Source of the DNA: Syntrophales bacterium
Lineage (GTDB): Bacteria > Desulfobacterota > Syntrophia > Syntrophales > UBA2210
Direction of reading: 5' to 3'
DNA: 64,000 nucleotides
Assembly (NCBI GenBank): GCA_036825195.1
Contig: DAISYQ010000013.1
Coordinates: 4,286-68,285 of the forward strand
Of the stretch, positions 46,686 through 56,842 are shown piece after piece. Each line of letters opens with the position of its first letter. Within the stretch, counting starts at the first letter, position 1. The position numbers and the translations under genes were made by a program. Below the pieces are notes generated by a model. It did no database searches. It worked only from the letters and a program-made list of their open reading frames with translations, and was not told the origin of the DNA.

Positions 46686-47429
46686 TCAATATAGTATGGT
46701 GCAGGGAATTCCCGATTCTTCACTCTGACGCAGCATGATCCTTTTTACATCGGAGAAGAATTCATTCCTTTCGTACTTTTCCAATCCCTTGGTTGTATAA
46801 ACAGGATGAGCGTATCCATAATTCATGCGGTCGACGTACAGATAGTCAACCATTCCGTCGAGTAAGGGGATGAGTTCTTCAGCCCCCGGTAATACCGGCG
46901 CAATCATTGCGTATGTCTGGATTCCGGCTGCATGTAGCTCCTTCAGGGCGTCGATGCGTTCTTCGATCTTCGTCGCCTTTGGTTCGAATAGCCGTCGAAT
47001 ACCGTCGTCGGCCGTTCCGATCGATAACCCGACATCGCAATCCTTTCCCTTCTTCAGTATGTCCAAATCCCGAACAACCAGGTCTGATTTGGTCTGTATC
47101 CGAACCGGCCAGTTGCTATCGACCAATATTTCCATGCATCCCCTGGTTACTTTGTACTTCCTTTCGATGGGCTGATAGGGATCGCAGACACCGCTTATCC
47201 AAACGCAATCCGGTTTCTTTTTCGTTATTTCTTTTCTCAGCAGCTCCACTGCGTTCGCTTTGATGTCCACGAAATCGCCCCAGGGCTCACGGTGCCCCGT
47301 GAATCGCTTCATGTACCGGGCGTAACAGTACGTGCAGCCGTAGTGGCAGCCCACATACGGATTGATGACGTACGTATATATCTTCGACGGCGATACTATT
47401 GACTTTGCATGAATCTCTTTGATGATCAT
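46686..47429 (-). CDS. radical SAM protein (SplB/COG1533-like)
   Basis: CHYGCTYCYAR CxxxCxxC motif near the N-terminus. Confidence 0.85.
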   Translation of the reverse strand: MIIKEIHAKSIVSPSKIYTYVINPYVGCHYGCTYCYARYMKRFTGHREPWGDFVDIKANAVELLRKEITKKKPDCVWISGVCDPYQPIERKYKVTRGCMEILVDSNWPVRIQTKSDLVVRDLDILKKGKDCDVGLSIGTADDGIRRLFEPKATKIEERIDALKELHAAGIQTYAMIAPVLPGAEELIPLLDGMVDYLYVDRMNYGYAHPVYTTKGLEKYERNEFFSDVKRIMLRQSEESGIPCTILY

Positions 47430-47614
47430 GGGAACACCATGAGCGAGCCTGAAATGTCGTCTCTTGCCACGGCCTTGTCGGCCCGTATCGCTTGTTCATA
47501 CGCATCCTCTCCTCTCCGGCTCAGGTATGCGGACATAGCCTCTTCGGACGAAAGTTCCCTGTTCCGTATGGCTCCGGCGAGTGTCGTAACAGAACTATAC
47601 GTATTCAAATCCAT
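47426..47614 (-). pseudogene. possible N-terminal remnant of an amidase-signature enzyme
   Basis: ...TLAGAIRNRELSSEEAMSAYLSRR... resembles the LA.AIR.RE.S..E....L.RI start of amidases. Only 62 codons, overlapping the radical SAM start. Confidence 0.4.
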
Positions 47615-47723
47615 CTATCTTTCCTCATACTGTCCCGTCTGCATCCGATCCACAGGCAGCCCTGCCCGGTCCGTTGCCGTCAAGCTTGTTGTCACTATGC
47701 ATCTTCATGATCGTTCAGGTCCT

Positions 47724-48770
47724 TTATCGTTGTGATCTAATCAGTCTCAGCCAGACCAGGTAGCCGAAGACAAATGAAACGATACACCCGATCGTTGTAG
47801 CGATCAACCGGTCGAGCATTGCCTGATAAGACAGTTCCTTTCCAAAATCCAGAAGGATCACGACAAGGGCCGTCATGACAATTGCGTAAAAGAGGTAATT
47901 ACCTTCTCTCAGATATACACGAACTCCGGCAAGCGCGGCAATTACGGCAATGGTCAGCCAGGAAGGAAGATGATAACTTGTCAAGAGTCCCAAGATCATA
48001 ACTCCGATGAATGTTCCGATTCCGCGTTGGAGCATCCGTTTGGTGAGATGATCGCTGTTACGTTGCACAACTATAACGATGGTCAACAGAATCCAGAGGG
48101 CGTGTCGCATCGGGAACAGATACATAATCGACACGGCGACGATCGCGCACAGGGTGATTCTCAGGGAATACTGCCAGCCGCTGAAACGACGGAGACCTCT
48201 GCGCCAGTGACCCAATAACTGGTGGATGGTGTATTTCTGCTGAGTATTGCCGTTGACTGTGCCTGCCTGCATCATGCCGATCGGCCGGAAAACGATAAAA
48301 AGAACCAATGCCCAGACCGCACCCATCAGAAAGAGGGCGGTGCGCGTTACGACGGTAGCTTCTATGGAGCCAAAGCTGGCCGCGATGATCAGAAACAGCA
48401 GGAAGATCGTCGTCGATCTTGCCATGAGTCTGCTGATACCGCCCACAAGCGAGACCGCGAAGATGATAACCGGCAGTAGAAACAGGGTTGCCGCATTACT
48501 GTGTGAGATGTAACTTCCCATCAGAAACGCCAATCCGCCCGCAAGCAGAGCATATACCAGATTCTTCAGGTCCGCTGTGAACTCTCCCGTGTCTGTCGCG
48601 CTACTTAACGCCAGCCCTCCAAAGGAGGCAAAGATTCCCGACTGGGGATGTCCCATGCATTCTCCCAGGGCGATCGGCACGGTCATCCCGATAATCACCG
48701 CCAAGATCTGACCGATATTGGGCGAGGCGCTTCCATGCCAGCGGAACAATTCACGTATTGATTTCCTCAT
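47724..48770 (-). CDS. FUSC-like (aromatic acid exporter family) membrane protein
   Basis: About 10 TM segments in two halves. The family call is tentative. Confidence 0.5.
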   Translation of the reverse strand: MRKSIRELFRWHGSASPNIGQILAVIIGMTVPIALGECMGHPQSGIFASFGGLALSSATDTGEFTADLKNLVYALLAGGLAFLMGSYISHSNAATLFLLPVIIFAVSLVGGISRLMARSTTIFLLFLIIAASFGSIEATVVTRTALFLMGAVWALVLFIVFRPIGMMQAGTVNGNTQQKYTIHQLLGHWRRGLRRFSGWQYSLRITLCAIVAVSIMYLFPMRHALWILLTIVIVVQRNSDHLTKRMLQRGIGTFIGVMILGLLTSYHLPSWLTIAVIAALAGVRVYLREGNYLFYAIVMTALVVILLDFGKELSYQAMLDRLIATTIGCIVSFVFGYLVWLRLIRSQR

Positions 48771-49609
48771 TGTTTATGTCCCCGGAATGCTTTGTCGACA
48801 ATCGGATTTACATAAAAAGGAGGCAGTTCCAGTCTCGATACAACGTTCCGGCACCATTCGAGCGCTTCGGATTCTTTCCCGGTGTAGATTTCCCTTACAG
48901 CCTCATCCAATGCTTTCAGATACCTTTCGGCATCGTCCAGCAGACTTTCAATTTCTCCTCTGTCGATAAGCGGCGGAGTCCAGGAAGTCAGCAGAACGGA
49001 ATAGTCCCGATTCGTTTTTATGGATTGCAGAGAATTCATCAGATCATGGAAGTCATCATAAGTGGGGATATCATTCTTTACGGGGATCGAATCGGCGGTG
49101 AATAAGATCCTGTCTTCCGGGAACAGAATATTTATGGAGCCCTTTGAATGGCCGGGCGAGTGAATGATGGAAAGGCTTACATCCTCATCAACTGCGAGCA
49201 TCTGGCCGTGTTCCAGAAACCCGTCTATCGTGACGGATTCGTCCACCAGATCGAAAAAGGCGGGAACCGGGCGGGCCTTCACCTGGGCTTCAATATCTTC
49301 GATCCAGTCTCTTTCACCCTCATGAGCCAGAATCGTGCATCCGGTTCTTCTTTTGATTTCAGCCGCTGAACCTATGTGATCGGGGTGTGAGTGAGAGAGT
49401 ATCACAGTATCCAGATCGGAAATATCCCGACCGTTACCCTGTATATAGCTGAATATATGGTCGGCATTTCCTTTCGTTCCCGTGTCGATCAGGAGTATCT
49501 TATCTCCGAAGACAATGACGGAGTTTACAAACCGTTCGATCTTCATCTGCGGATTCAATTGTATTGTAAAATCAGACCGTACCAGGTGAATCTTTCCCGT
49601 AATCTTCAT
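48767..49609 (-). CDS. MBL-fold metallo-hydrolase
   Basis: LSHSHPDHIG motif. 4-nt overlap with the downstream gene. Confidence 0.85.
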   Translation of the reverse strand: MKITGKIHLVRSDFTIQLNPQMKIERFVNSVIVFGDKILLIDTGTKGNADHIFSYIQGNGRDISDLDTVILSHSHPDHIGSAAEIKRRTGCTILAHEGERDWIEDIEAQVKARPVPAFFDLVDESVTIDGFLEHGQMLAVDEDVSLSIIHSPGHSKGSINILFPEDRILFTADSIPVKNDIPTYDDFHDLMNSLQSIKTNRDYSVLLTSWTPPLIDRGEIESLLDDAERYLKALDEAVREIYTGKESEALEWCRNVVSRLELPPFYVNPIVDKAFRGHKQ

Positions 49610-49666
49610 ATGTTCAATTTCCGTTACTCTTTAAATTCATCTCTTTTGGCGATAGCTGTTTAAAGC

Positions 49667-50965
49667 CTACGGTTTGGTCTTGATCAGCCTCCTTTTGCTG
49701 AAAACAAATTCCGCCAGGAGAATAACAGCATAGGCACCGAAGATCCATGCCAGGTCGTGAGCCGCCGTTTTGTAAAGGTAGCCAATCAACACGACCAGAG
49801 AGGCAAGGCAGAGCACCAGCGCAATCAGCGGCGGAATCGGATGGAGACCGATTCGCCGGCGCAGTCTGAAGGCCGCAAGGTTGATGGATGCGAATACCAG
49901 CAGAAAAATGGAGCTGGCAAACGACGATATGACGGTGAGATTCATGGTGTTCACGAAAACAATCGCCACGGCCGTGATCGCGATCAGGCTCACGAAGGGG
50001 ATATCTTTTGTGCGCTCCTTATGGCAAAAGAGCTGTGGCACCGCTTTTTCGCTTGCCATGACGAAACCCAGCCGTGCCGTGCTGAACAGAGTTGCATTAA
50101 TGGCGGACGCTGTGGACAGAATCGCTCCCAGACCGATCAGCAAGAATCCGGCGTGTCCCAGGAAGGGTTTCGCCGCCACGGCCAGGGCGTATTCCTTGTA
50201 TTGATTGATCTCGGCAGGCAGCAGATTGCCCACGGCGACGAGGGAGACCAGAATATATATGATGGTTGTGACAAGGATTGATATCAGGATGGCCGGTTTC
50301 AGATCGTGGGGGGCATCTCTCATTTCGTTGGTGGCATTCGGGATCAGCTCAAATCCCTCGTATGCGACGAAGATCAGAGCCGCCCCCATCACCATGCCGG
50401 CTCCGCTGGTGTTGAAGACCGGCAACAGGTGATCGGACCGTACATAAAAAAGTCCGACAATGGCGAACAGCGAGAGGATCAGGACTTTTACCAGAACCAA
50501 GACGTCCTCGGCCTCTCCCGAGGCATGGACTCCGTAAAGGTTCACTCCGAGAAATGCCAGCAGCACACCGGATGACAGTACGTGGGACATGGCCGAATTG
50601 ACTCCGGAGTTTCCCAGTATGGCGCTTCCGTAAACGCCGAAGGTGTATGCGTAGAGCCCGAGGGTGCCGATATATCCTGCCAGTAAGAGCCATCCGCCGA
50701 TGCCCGCAATGTTGGGATGGGAGAAGGCATGCTCCAGATAGGTGAAGCTTCCCCCGTCCGAATGATAGGACAGTCCCAGACGGATGTAACTCCATCCGGT
50801 CAGCAGTGCGACGATGCCACCCAGAGCGAAGGCAAGAGGGGCCGCGTGACCGGCAACGCTAACCGAAAGGCCGAGGACGGAAAAGATGCCGCCGCCTACC
50901 ATCCCGCCTATGCCCATGGCAATCAGTTCTTTCAGACTCAGTTTTTCCTGATGTTGCTTCGCCAT
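49667..50965 (-). CDS. APC family amino acid permease
   Basis: 12-TM protein with GIGGMVGGGIF and a FVAYEGFE signature. Confidence 0.85.
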   Translation of the reverse strand: MAKQHQEKLSLKELIAMGIGGMVGGGIFSVLGLSVSVAGHAAPLAFALGGIVALLTGWSYIRLGLSYHSDGGSFTYLEHAFSHPNIAGIGGWLLLAGYIGTLGLYAYTFGVYGSAILGNSGVNSAMSHVLSSGVLLAFLGVNLYGVHASGEAEDVLVLVKVLILSLFAIVGLFYVRSDHLLPVFNTSGAGMVMGAALIFVAYEGFELIPNATNEMRDAPHDLKPAILISILVTTIIYILVSLVAVGNLLPAEINQYKEYALAVAAKPFLGHAGFLLIGLGAILSTASAINATLFSTARLGFVMASEKAVPQLFCHKERTKDIPFVSLIAITAVAIVFVNTMNLTVISSFASSIFLLVFASINLAAFRLRRRIGLHPIPPLIALVLCLASLVVLIGYLYKTAAHDLAWIFGAYAVILLAEFVFSKRRLIKTKP

Positions 50966-51048
50966 TATGATTATCCCTTTGAGTTAAGTCTGTTGTGCCG
51001 CCTGCATGAAATCCTGACCCCGCTAATCAACGGTTGCTGTATTGTATA

Positions 51049-51696
51049 CTATCTTTGGCCCTGAATGGCGAGCCTGATACCGAGACCCATGAACAGCAAC
51101 CCCGTCGCACGCTTTGCCATATGCAGAGATCTGGATTTCCTGCGGAGTCCCTTTGAAACCATAGCAGCCACGGCAACCAGGAAGAGACACCACACCGTTC
51201 CCGTAAAGATAAATACGCTGCCCAGAAAAAGAAAGGGTAACGGATTCGAGGCGTACTCCGGGGTGACAAACTGGGGCAGGAAGGCCATGAAAAACATCGC
51301 CACCTTGGGATTCAAGAGGTTAGTCAATAATCCCTGTTTATAAATCACCCAGTGGTCGACTGATGGTGTTGTAAGCATGTCCGTCTTTTCCTGCGGCTCC
51401 TGATTCTTACTCAGGAACATCTGTAACCCGAGATACACGAGATATATGGCACCCGCCCATTTGACCGCGTTGAACGCAACGGACGAAGCAAAGAGAATCG
51501 CGGAAAGCCCGAAGGCCGCGGCCGTTGTGTGAATGAAAATGCCCGAACAAATGCCGAGCACGGACAGAAAACCGGCTCGCCGTCCCTGTGCGACACTTCG
51601 GCCGACGATGTACATCGTATCGGGGCCCGGCAGGAGATTGAGTGAAATACCTGCAATGAGAAAGATGATAAAATCATGAGTTCCAAACATGTCCAC
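51049..51696 (-). CDS. LysE family translocator
   Basis: PGPD..Y...R....GRRAG N-terminal signature. About 215 aa with 6 TM segments. Confidence 0.85.
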   Translation of the reverse strand: MDMFGTHDFIIFLIAGISLNLLPGPDTMYIVGRSVAQGRRAGFLSVLGICSGIFIHTTAAAFGLSAILFASSVAFNAVKWAGAIYLVYLGLQMFLSKNQEPQEKTDMLTTPSVDHWVIYKQGLLTNLLNPKVAMFFMAFLPQFVTPEYASNPLPFLFLGSVFIFTGTVWCLFLVAVAAMVSKGLRRKSRSLHMAKRATGLLFMGLGIRLAIQGQR

Positions 51697-51759
51697 TGTC
51701 CTGTTTCATATCATAACGTCGGGCATCACCGGCGGATGCGATTATCCGGTGTGAGGTCC

Positions 51760-52815
51760 TCAGCCTTTCATTTGCTTCTTTACCGATTTGATAAATTTCC
51801 CGAAGGCCTTGTCCTTTTTCCGCCTGTCCAGATATGACATCTCGTAATGGTCCGACTCCTTCTTGAGTTTGATATAGCTGGAATACCGATCTTCAGACAG
51901 CTCTCCGTTTTCAACCGCGGCTCGGACGGCGCAGCCGGGCTCGTGCTCGTGGCTGCAATTCGTATATCGGCACTGTGCGGCGAGGGCGATAAATTCCTCG
52001 AAACCCGTATCGATTCCATCGCCGGCGCCGACGATGCCCAGTTCACGCATGCCGGGTGTGTCGATCAGCATCGCACCCTGGTCGAGAACGACGAGCTGCC
52101 GGCGCGAGGTCGTATGGGTGCCTTCTCCCGTGCCGCTGACGGCCTTTGTCGCGAAGGCTTCATTGCCGATGAGACGGTTGATGAGGGTCGTCTTTCCTAC
52201 GCCCGATGAACCGAGAAGGCAGTATGTCTTTCCCGGAGACAGGGTCTGTTGAAACTCGTCCAACCCGATCCCGGTGACATTGCTCAGTGCGATCACTCTG
52301 GCCTTGGTGGCGGAACCGATGATCGCACGCTTCTGATCCAGTTCATCCTGGGTGATCAGGTCCGTCTTCGTGAGGATGATGATCGGTTCGACATGCCCGT
52401 CCGCTGCCATTACCAGGTACCGATCCAGACGATGGGGATTGAAGTCAAAATGGCAGGATTGAACGATAAAGGCGGTATCTATATTGGCCGCGATCATCTG
52501 ATAATCGACGTTTTCACCCGCGGCCTTGCGCCGCAGGAAGGTCTTTCGCGGGAAAATCCGGTGGATGATCGCCTCGGTATCATCGTTGTAGTACTGTGCC
52601 GTCACCCAGTCTCCAACGCAGGGCAGGCCGACGGGACTTTCGATGTGATAGGAAAGCTTCCCCGTCAACTCGGCCGGAACTTCCCGGTATTCGTTTTTTA
52701 TACGGTATGAGCCGCGGTCAACTGCGGATATGCGGGCGAAGCCGCATCCCTCCTGACCGAACTCAGGGGCCTGTGCCTCAAACCATTGATCGAAACCCAG
52801 ATCTCTTAATTTCAT
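51760..52815 (-). CDS. rsgA: ribosome small subunit-dependent GTPase A
   Basis: Circularly permuted GTPase: TKTDL, GSSGVGKTTLIN, DTPG and a C-terminal C..C.H..EPGCAV zinc motif. Confidence 0.9.
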   Translation of the reverse strand: MKLRDLGFDQWFEAQAPEFGQEGCGFARISAVDRGSYRIKNEYREVPAELTGKLSYHIESPVGLPCVGDWVTAQYYNDDTEAIIHRIFPRKTFLRRKAAGENVDYQMIAANIDTAFIVQSCHFDFNPHRLDRYLVMAADGHVEPIIILTKTDLITQDELDQKRAIIGSATKARVIALSNVTGIGLDEFQQTLSPGKTYCLLGSSGVGKTTLINRLIGNEAFATKAVSGTGEGTHTTSRRQLVVLDQGAMLIDTPGMRELGIVGAGDGIDTGFEEFIALAAQCRYTNCSHEHEPGCAVRAAVENGELSEDRYSSYIKLKKESDHYEMSYLDRRKKDKAFGKFIKSVKKQMKG

Positions 52816-52830
52816 ATCGTCGTTAGTCCG

Positions 52831-53706
52831 TTACGTGTTCTTTTTTCTGGCTACAATAGCGATATCGTTGGACTCGGGTGAGAAAGGAGTGCCCGCGACA
52901 TCGGAGTAAAACTCTTCTACCTCGAATCCGCTTTTTTCTAACTCTTCCCTCAACGTGTCCCTGCTGAAGTATTGGAGCCAGTTATATATAACACGGGTTC
53001 TCGTTTGTTCAATGATCGTATATTTATCGAGCGTTACTTTTTCCCTGTCATATTTGAATATGTTCAGGAAGCTATAATACTCTTCGGGCGACCAGAAATG
53101 GTCGAGCCAGTTACGCTCGTATGTTGCGACCTCCTCCCTGCCGTCGAAGACGTTGAAAGAATGGACATCCAGGAGAACCGCTCCTCCGGGTTTCAGGAAT
53201 GCGTGGAAGCTGGCAAGGAGCGTTGTTCTCTGGGCCTGGCTCAAGGCGCAGAAATCACAGAAAATCATCGTAATGAGGTCGAATCGCTTCTCGGTCTGAA
53301 ACTCCAGATAGTTTTGCCGGTGATAATCGATCTTCAATCCTTCCCGGTCGGCAACCTCTTGGGCGTATTTGATAGACCGTGCCGAGAAATCGATCCCGGT
53401 AACATCGGCGTCGTGTCCGGCAAATGGGGTCGTGTAGAGCCCCGGTCCGCACCCGAAATCGGCAACACGGGTATGCGCGCCTATTCCGAAATGCGACACG
53501 ATCCACTTGACGGAACGGTCGACGAATGCCTTGTTGCGGGAAGAAAGGTCGATCTCTTCATCCAGATGAAACGCAAGCATCTTCTGTGACGTATGGTCGT
53601 CCGTCCAGAGCTGATCCGCGGTGTAAAATTCAAACGGCGCGGGACGCGAGTTGATTTCTTCCAGGGCTCCGAATAGTGTCGTCTTCATTGTATTATTTAA
53701 CTCCAT
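52831..53706 (-). CDS. class I SAM-dependent methyltransferase
   Basis: VADFGCGPGLYT motif I. Confidence 0.85.
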   Translation of the reverse strand: MELNNTMKTTLFGALEEINSRPAPFEFYTADQLWTDDHTSQKMLAFHLDEEIDLSSRNKAFVDRSVKWIVSHFGIGAHTRVADFGCGPGLYTTPFAGHDADVTGIDFSARSIKYAQEVADREGLKIDYHRQNYLEFQTEKRFDLITMIFCDFCALSQAQRTTLLASFHAFLKPGGAVLLDVHSFNVFDGREEVATYERNWLDHFWSPEEYYSFLNIFKYDREKVTLDKYTIIEQTRTRVIYNWLQYFSRDTLREELEKSGFEVEEFYSDVAGTPFSPESNDIAIVARKKNT

Positions 53707-53870
53707 AAGGTGGATGACCTGTTCAATAAGGATGTCATCAATTCGCTACGTTGGGAGGTTCTACATGTTGACCGAACCAAGGTATGCGTGTAACCGAAAT
53801 ACTTGCCCCAAAATTGTTGCTTGAGATGGGGAAGTTCGAATAATGATATCCACAAACTTACTTCCCTTAT

Positions 53871-54182
53871 TCATTGAGTGGTATGTATAAATCTTTCTTC
53901 ATCCAAAGGCGAGGGATTTCGACCATCAGTATTTGAGTTTTCGACTAAGTGGAGTAAACGAATCGGATAAGCAGAGTAGGAGATCTGTTGAAAGAGGAGG
54001 TTGAAACGGACTTGCAGTTTAAGGCGATCAAGTTTGTCAACCTCAATTAAATACAGGGAAAAGAATTCAAATGGAACTAGTGAGATGTTTGCTTTTCTAT
54101 CCGCCCATTCTATTCTTATGTGATATTTTATCCAGTGATGACTGATAGAGATATCCTCCTGTTCAACGTAAATACATTTCAA
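53871..54182 (-). CDS. hypothetical protein in AT-rich islet
   Basis: This is the only ORF in a 540-bp AT-rich gap. No motif and no clear RBS checked. Confidence 0.3.
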   Translation of the reverse strand: MKCIYVEQEDISISHHWIKYHIRIEWADRKANISLVPFEFFSLYLIEVDKLDRLKLQVRFNLLFQQISYSAYPIRLLHLVENSNTDGRNPSPLDEERFIHTTQ

Positions 54183-54248
54183 TGGCTCTTAGTGTTTTTT
54201 AGAGCTGAGTTTGATCTGGTCGAAAAGAATGAGAAGGAAAATTGGGAA

Positions 54249-55355
54249 TTATTCTTGCATGCTTCTCGATGTTCGAAAGATAAATCCGGCAGTTTCCTTC
54301 ATTGTCATCTGAAATTCTGATGCGCAACACTGACTGTCAAGATATGCGTGTGTAACTCCTCGTAGGCAGATATACCTTACACGGTTCCCCTTGGCAGAAA
54401 GTTTCTCGGCGAACTTTTTTGCATCATCACGAAGAATATCGAACTGACCTGTCATGATAAGAACAGGGGGCATATCCCGTGCGTCGGCATTGATAGGAGA
54501 GATTCCCCATACAGCACGCTTACAGGAATCAGGAATATAGCAGCGAATTAGTTTTTCTAAAACAATCGAGTCGAGTCCATAACCCGTCGCAAAAGATTTC
54601 ATTGATTTGGTACCGGATTCGCTGAGATTCACCGCCGGGTAATACAGAATAGCCCCTTTTATACTCCGGTGATTCATTAATTCGCACACAGCCGACGATG
54701 CAGCAATGTTCCCCCCAGCGCTGTCCCCGGCAAGGTAAATCAGGTTTGGGTCCCCGTTATACCTGAATGCATTGAGCCGAACCCATTGTATCGCCTCGGT
54801 ACAATCATCGAGCCCGGCAGGATAAGGATTTTCCGGTGAAAGCCTGTAATCGACGGATATGACAATGGAGCAGGATGTACGACAGATACCGGTTGCGATG
54901 TGATCCGACCCGGACGGGGACCCGAAAGTCCATCCGCCCCCGTGCATATAAATAACAACAGGAACCCTCTCTGCAGCGGAAAGATCCGACGGAGTGTATA
55001 TCCGGAGTGAAAGACTTCCCGCCTGGCTTTTGATGGAAAGGTCGACAATCGTTATCCCTTCTCTTGAAAAAGGGATCAGGGTTTTTTGGGTTTCATTTCG
55101 TAGTTGCATCAATAGTGAATAATCGCCGGCGGATGCCTTATCGACCGCACTCGTCATATAAGCTGAAAACTGTGGAGCATATTGCTTCAACTCGGCAGCT
55201 ACTTCCGGTTTAAGTTCCTTGCCAGGTGAATTTCCCTCGCATGGCGAAATTGTCCAGTATTCCTGTTGTCCGCATCCAAGACAACAGGGCGACACCATTA
55301 TGGTCGCAACAATCCATAACAACAGAACAAAATTTTTGCCCCGGTTTTTCATCAT
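54249..55355 (-). CDS. alpha/beta hydrolase (HSL-type esterase/lipase), exported
   Basis: MHGGGW oxyanion motif, GDSAGG nucleophile elbow and an N-terminal signal with Cys. Confidence 0.85.
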   Translation of the reverse strand: MMKNRGKNFVLLLWIVATIMVSPCCLGCGQQEYWTISPCEGNSPGKELKPEVAAELKQYAPQFSAYMTSAVDKASAGDYSLLMQLRNETQKTLIPFSREGITIVDLSIKSQAGSLSLRIYTPSDLSAAERVPVVIYMHGGGWTFGSPSGSDHIATGICRTSCSIVISVDYRLSPENPYPAGLDDCTEAIQWVRLNAFRYNGDPNLIYLAGDSAGGNIAASSAVCELMNHRSIKGAILYYPAVNLSESGTKSMKSFATGYGLDSIVLEKLIRCYIPDSCKRAVWGISPINADARDMPPVLIMTGQFDILRDDAKKFAEKLSAKGNRVRYICLRGVTHAYLDSQCCASEFQMTMKETAGFIFRTSRSMQE

Positions 55356-55489
55356 ATTTTGATTCCTTTACACAATTTTTAAATCCATGCCGGGAAACAG
55401 ACATCAGCCTAATATTTGAATCCTTGCGTTTTGCCGTCAGTCAACATGGTCCGGAGTGTTGTTTTAATAATATTTTTTGACACACCGTA

Positions 55490-56836
55490 TTATACATAAC
55501 AATACCGTATCCGGTTTCTTAGGAGTACCCATACAGCCAGACAAAGACTTATAAGTTCGGCGAGGGGGACAGATAACCACACACCGTTCACTCCGAGGAA
55601 TCCGGGAAGGCCGATGATGCCGAGCGCGATCAGGAGGCTCCGGGAAAACGAAAGTATGGCGGAAAGCGTACCGTTCGACAATGCGGTGAACAAAGCCGAC
55701 ATAAAGATGTTCAAGCCGGTAAATAGAAACGCGAACGGAAAAATGAAAAACCCGGCGCGTGCGATACGGTATACCGGCGAACCTTCCGGTGAAAAAATCT
55801 TGACAATCATGTCTCCGAACAAAAATGCTAAGACAAAGACTGCAATAGACACAACGAGTGTTATGCTTAAAGAGATCTTGGTAACACTTTTGAGATGCAA
55901 ATGGTTGCCGCTGCCATAATTGAAACTTATCACCGGTGCGACACCCATCGAAAACCCGATGAAGAATGTCGTTAAGAGGAACTGGGAGTAGATCATGATT
56001 GTGATCGCGGCTACGCCATCCTCTCCCGCGAGCACCATCATCGCAGTGTTGAAAAGGAATGTGGTTATAGCGGTCGAAAGCTGTCCGACCATTTCCGAAG
56101 AACCATTGAAGGCACTTTCGCCTAACACCTGCAGATCGAATTTTGGTGAACTGAAGAAGATTGTGCCTCGCCTGTTACAAATGAAAAAAATGGTCCCTGC
56201 AATAGCAGGTACCGAATAGCCGATACCGGTTGCAAGTGCTGCCCCTTGAATTCCCATGTCAAGTACGACAATTAAGAGATAGTCGAAGAACGCATTTGTC
56301 AATCCCGCCGTGATGCCGATCAACATGCCAAGTCGGGGCTTTCCGGCTGTTACGAAGAGTACGGAGAAGAGTATCTGCAGCATGTTTGACGGTGCAAATA
56401 CAAGGAGCACTCCGAGATAATCATTGCAGTACGGGAGTAGGTCGTCACTTGCCCCGAGTGCGCGGACCAGTGGATTGAGGGAGATGAGTCCTGTAACCGT
56501 AAAAAGAACTCCAATCACCGTGCATGACGCGGTAATCAGTGTGAAATTCTTGCGGGCTTCTCTATCGTTTCCGTTGCCCATTTTTCGTGCGATGATGGCG
56601 CTTCCACCGGTCGCGAGCATCGTGGCGAGCCCTACGATGAGGTTCACGACAGGGGTCACGATGTTGATGGCGGAAAGCGCATTGGTATTCACGTAACGTG
56701 CTACAAAGATCATATCGACGATCGTATAGAGACCGAAAAAGATCATCATGAATATCGTGGGTGCTGCGAAGCGTAAGAGTGAGCGTAGGGTGAAATCTTT
56801 GGCGAGTCCATTTCCCTCAATCGAAGTATCCGTCAT
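55490..56836 (-). CDS. MATE family efflux transporter
   Basis: 12 TM segments, 448 aa, N-terminal LLRFA.P typical of MATE. Confidence 0.9.
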   Translation of the reverse strand: MTDTSIEGNGLAKDFTLRSLLRFAAPTIFMMIFFGLYTIVDMIFVARYVNTNALSAINIVTPVVNLIVGLATMLATGGSAIIARKMGNGNDREARKNFTLITASCTVIGVLFTVTGLISLNPLVRALGASDDLLPYCNDYLGVLLVFAPSNMLQILFSVLFVTAGKPRLGMLIGITAGLTNAFFDYLLIVVLDMGIQGAALATGIGYSVPAIAGTIFFICNRRGTIFFSSPKFDLQVLGESAFNGSSEMVGQLSTAITTFLFNTAMMVLAGEDGVAAITIMIYSQFLLTTFFIGFSMGVAPVISFNYGSGNHLHLKSVTKISLSITLVVSIAVFVLAFLFGDMIVKIFSPEGSPVYRIARAGFFIFPFAFLFTGLNIFMSALFTALSNGTLSAILSFSRSLLIALGIIGLPGFLGVNGVWLSVPLAELISLCLAVWVLLRNRIRYCYV

Positions 56837-56842
56837 TATTCA

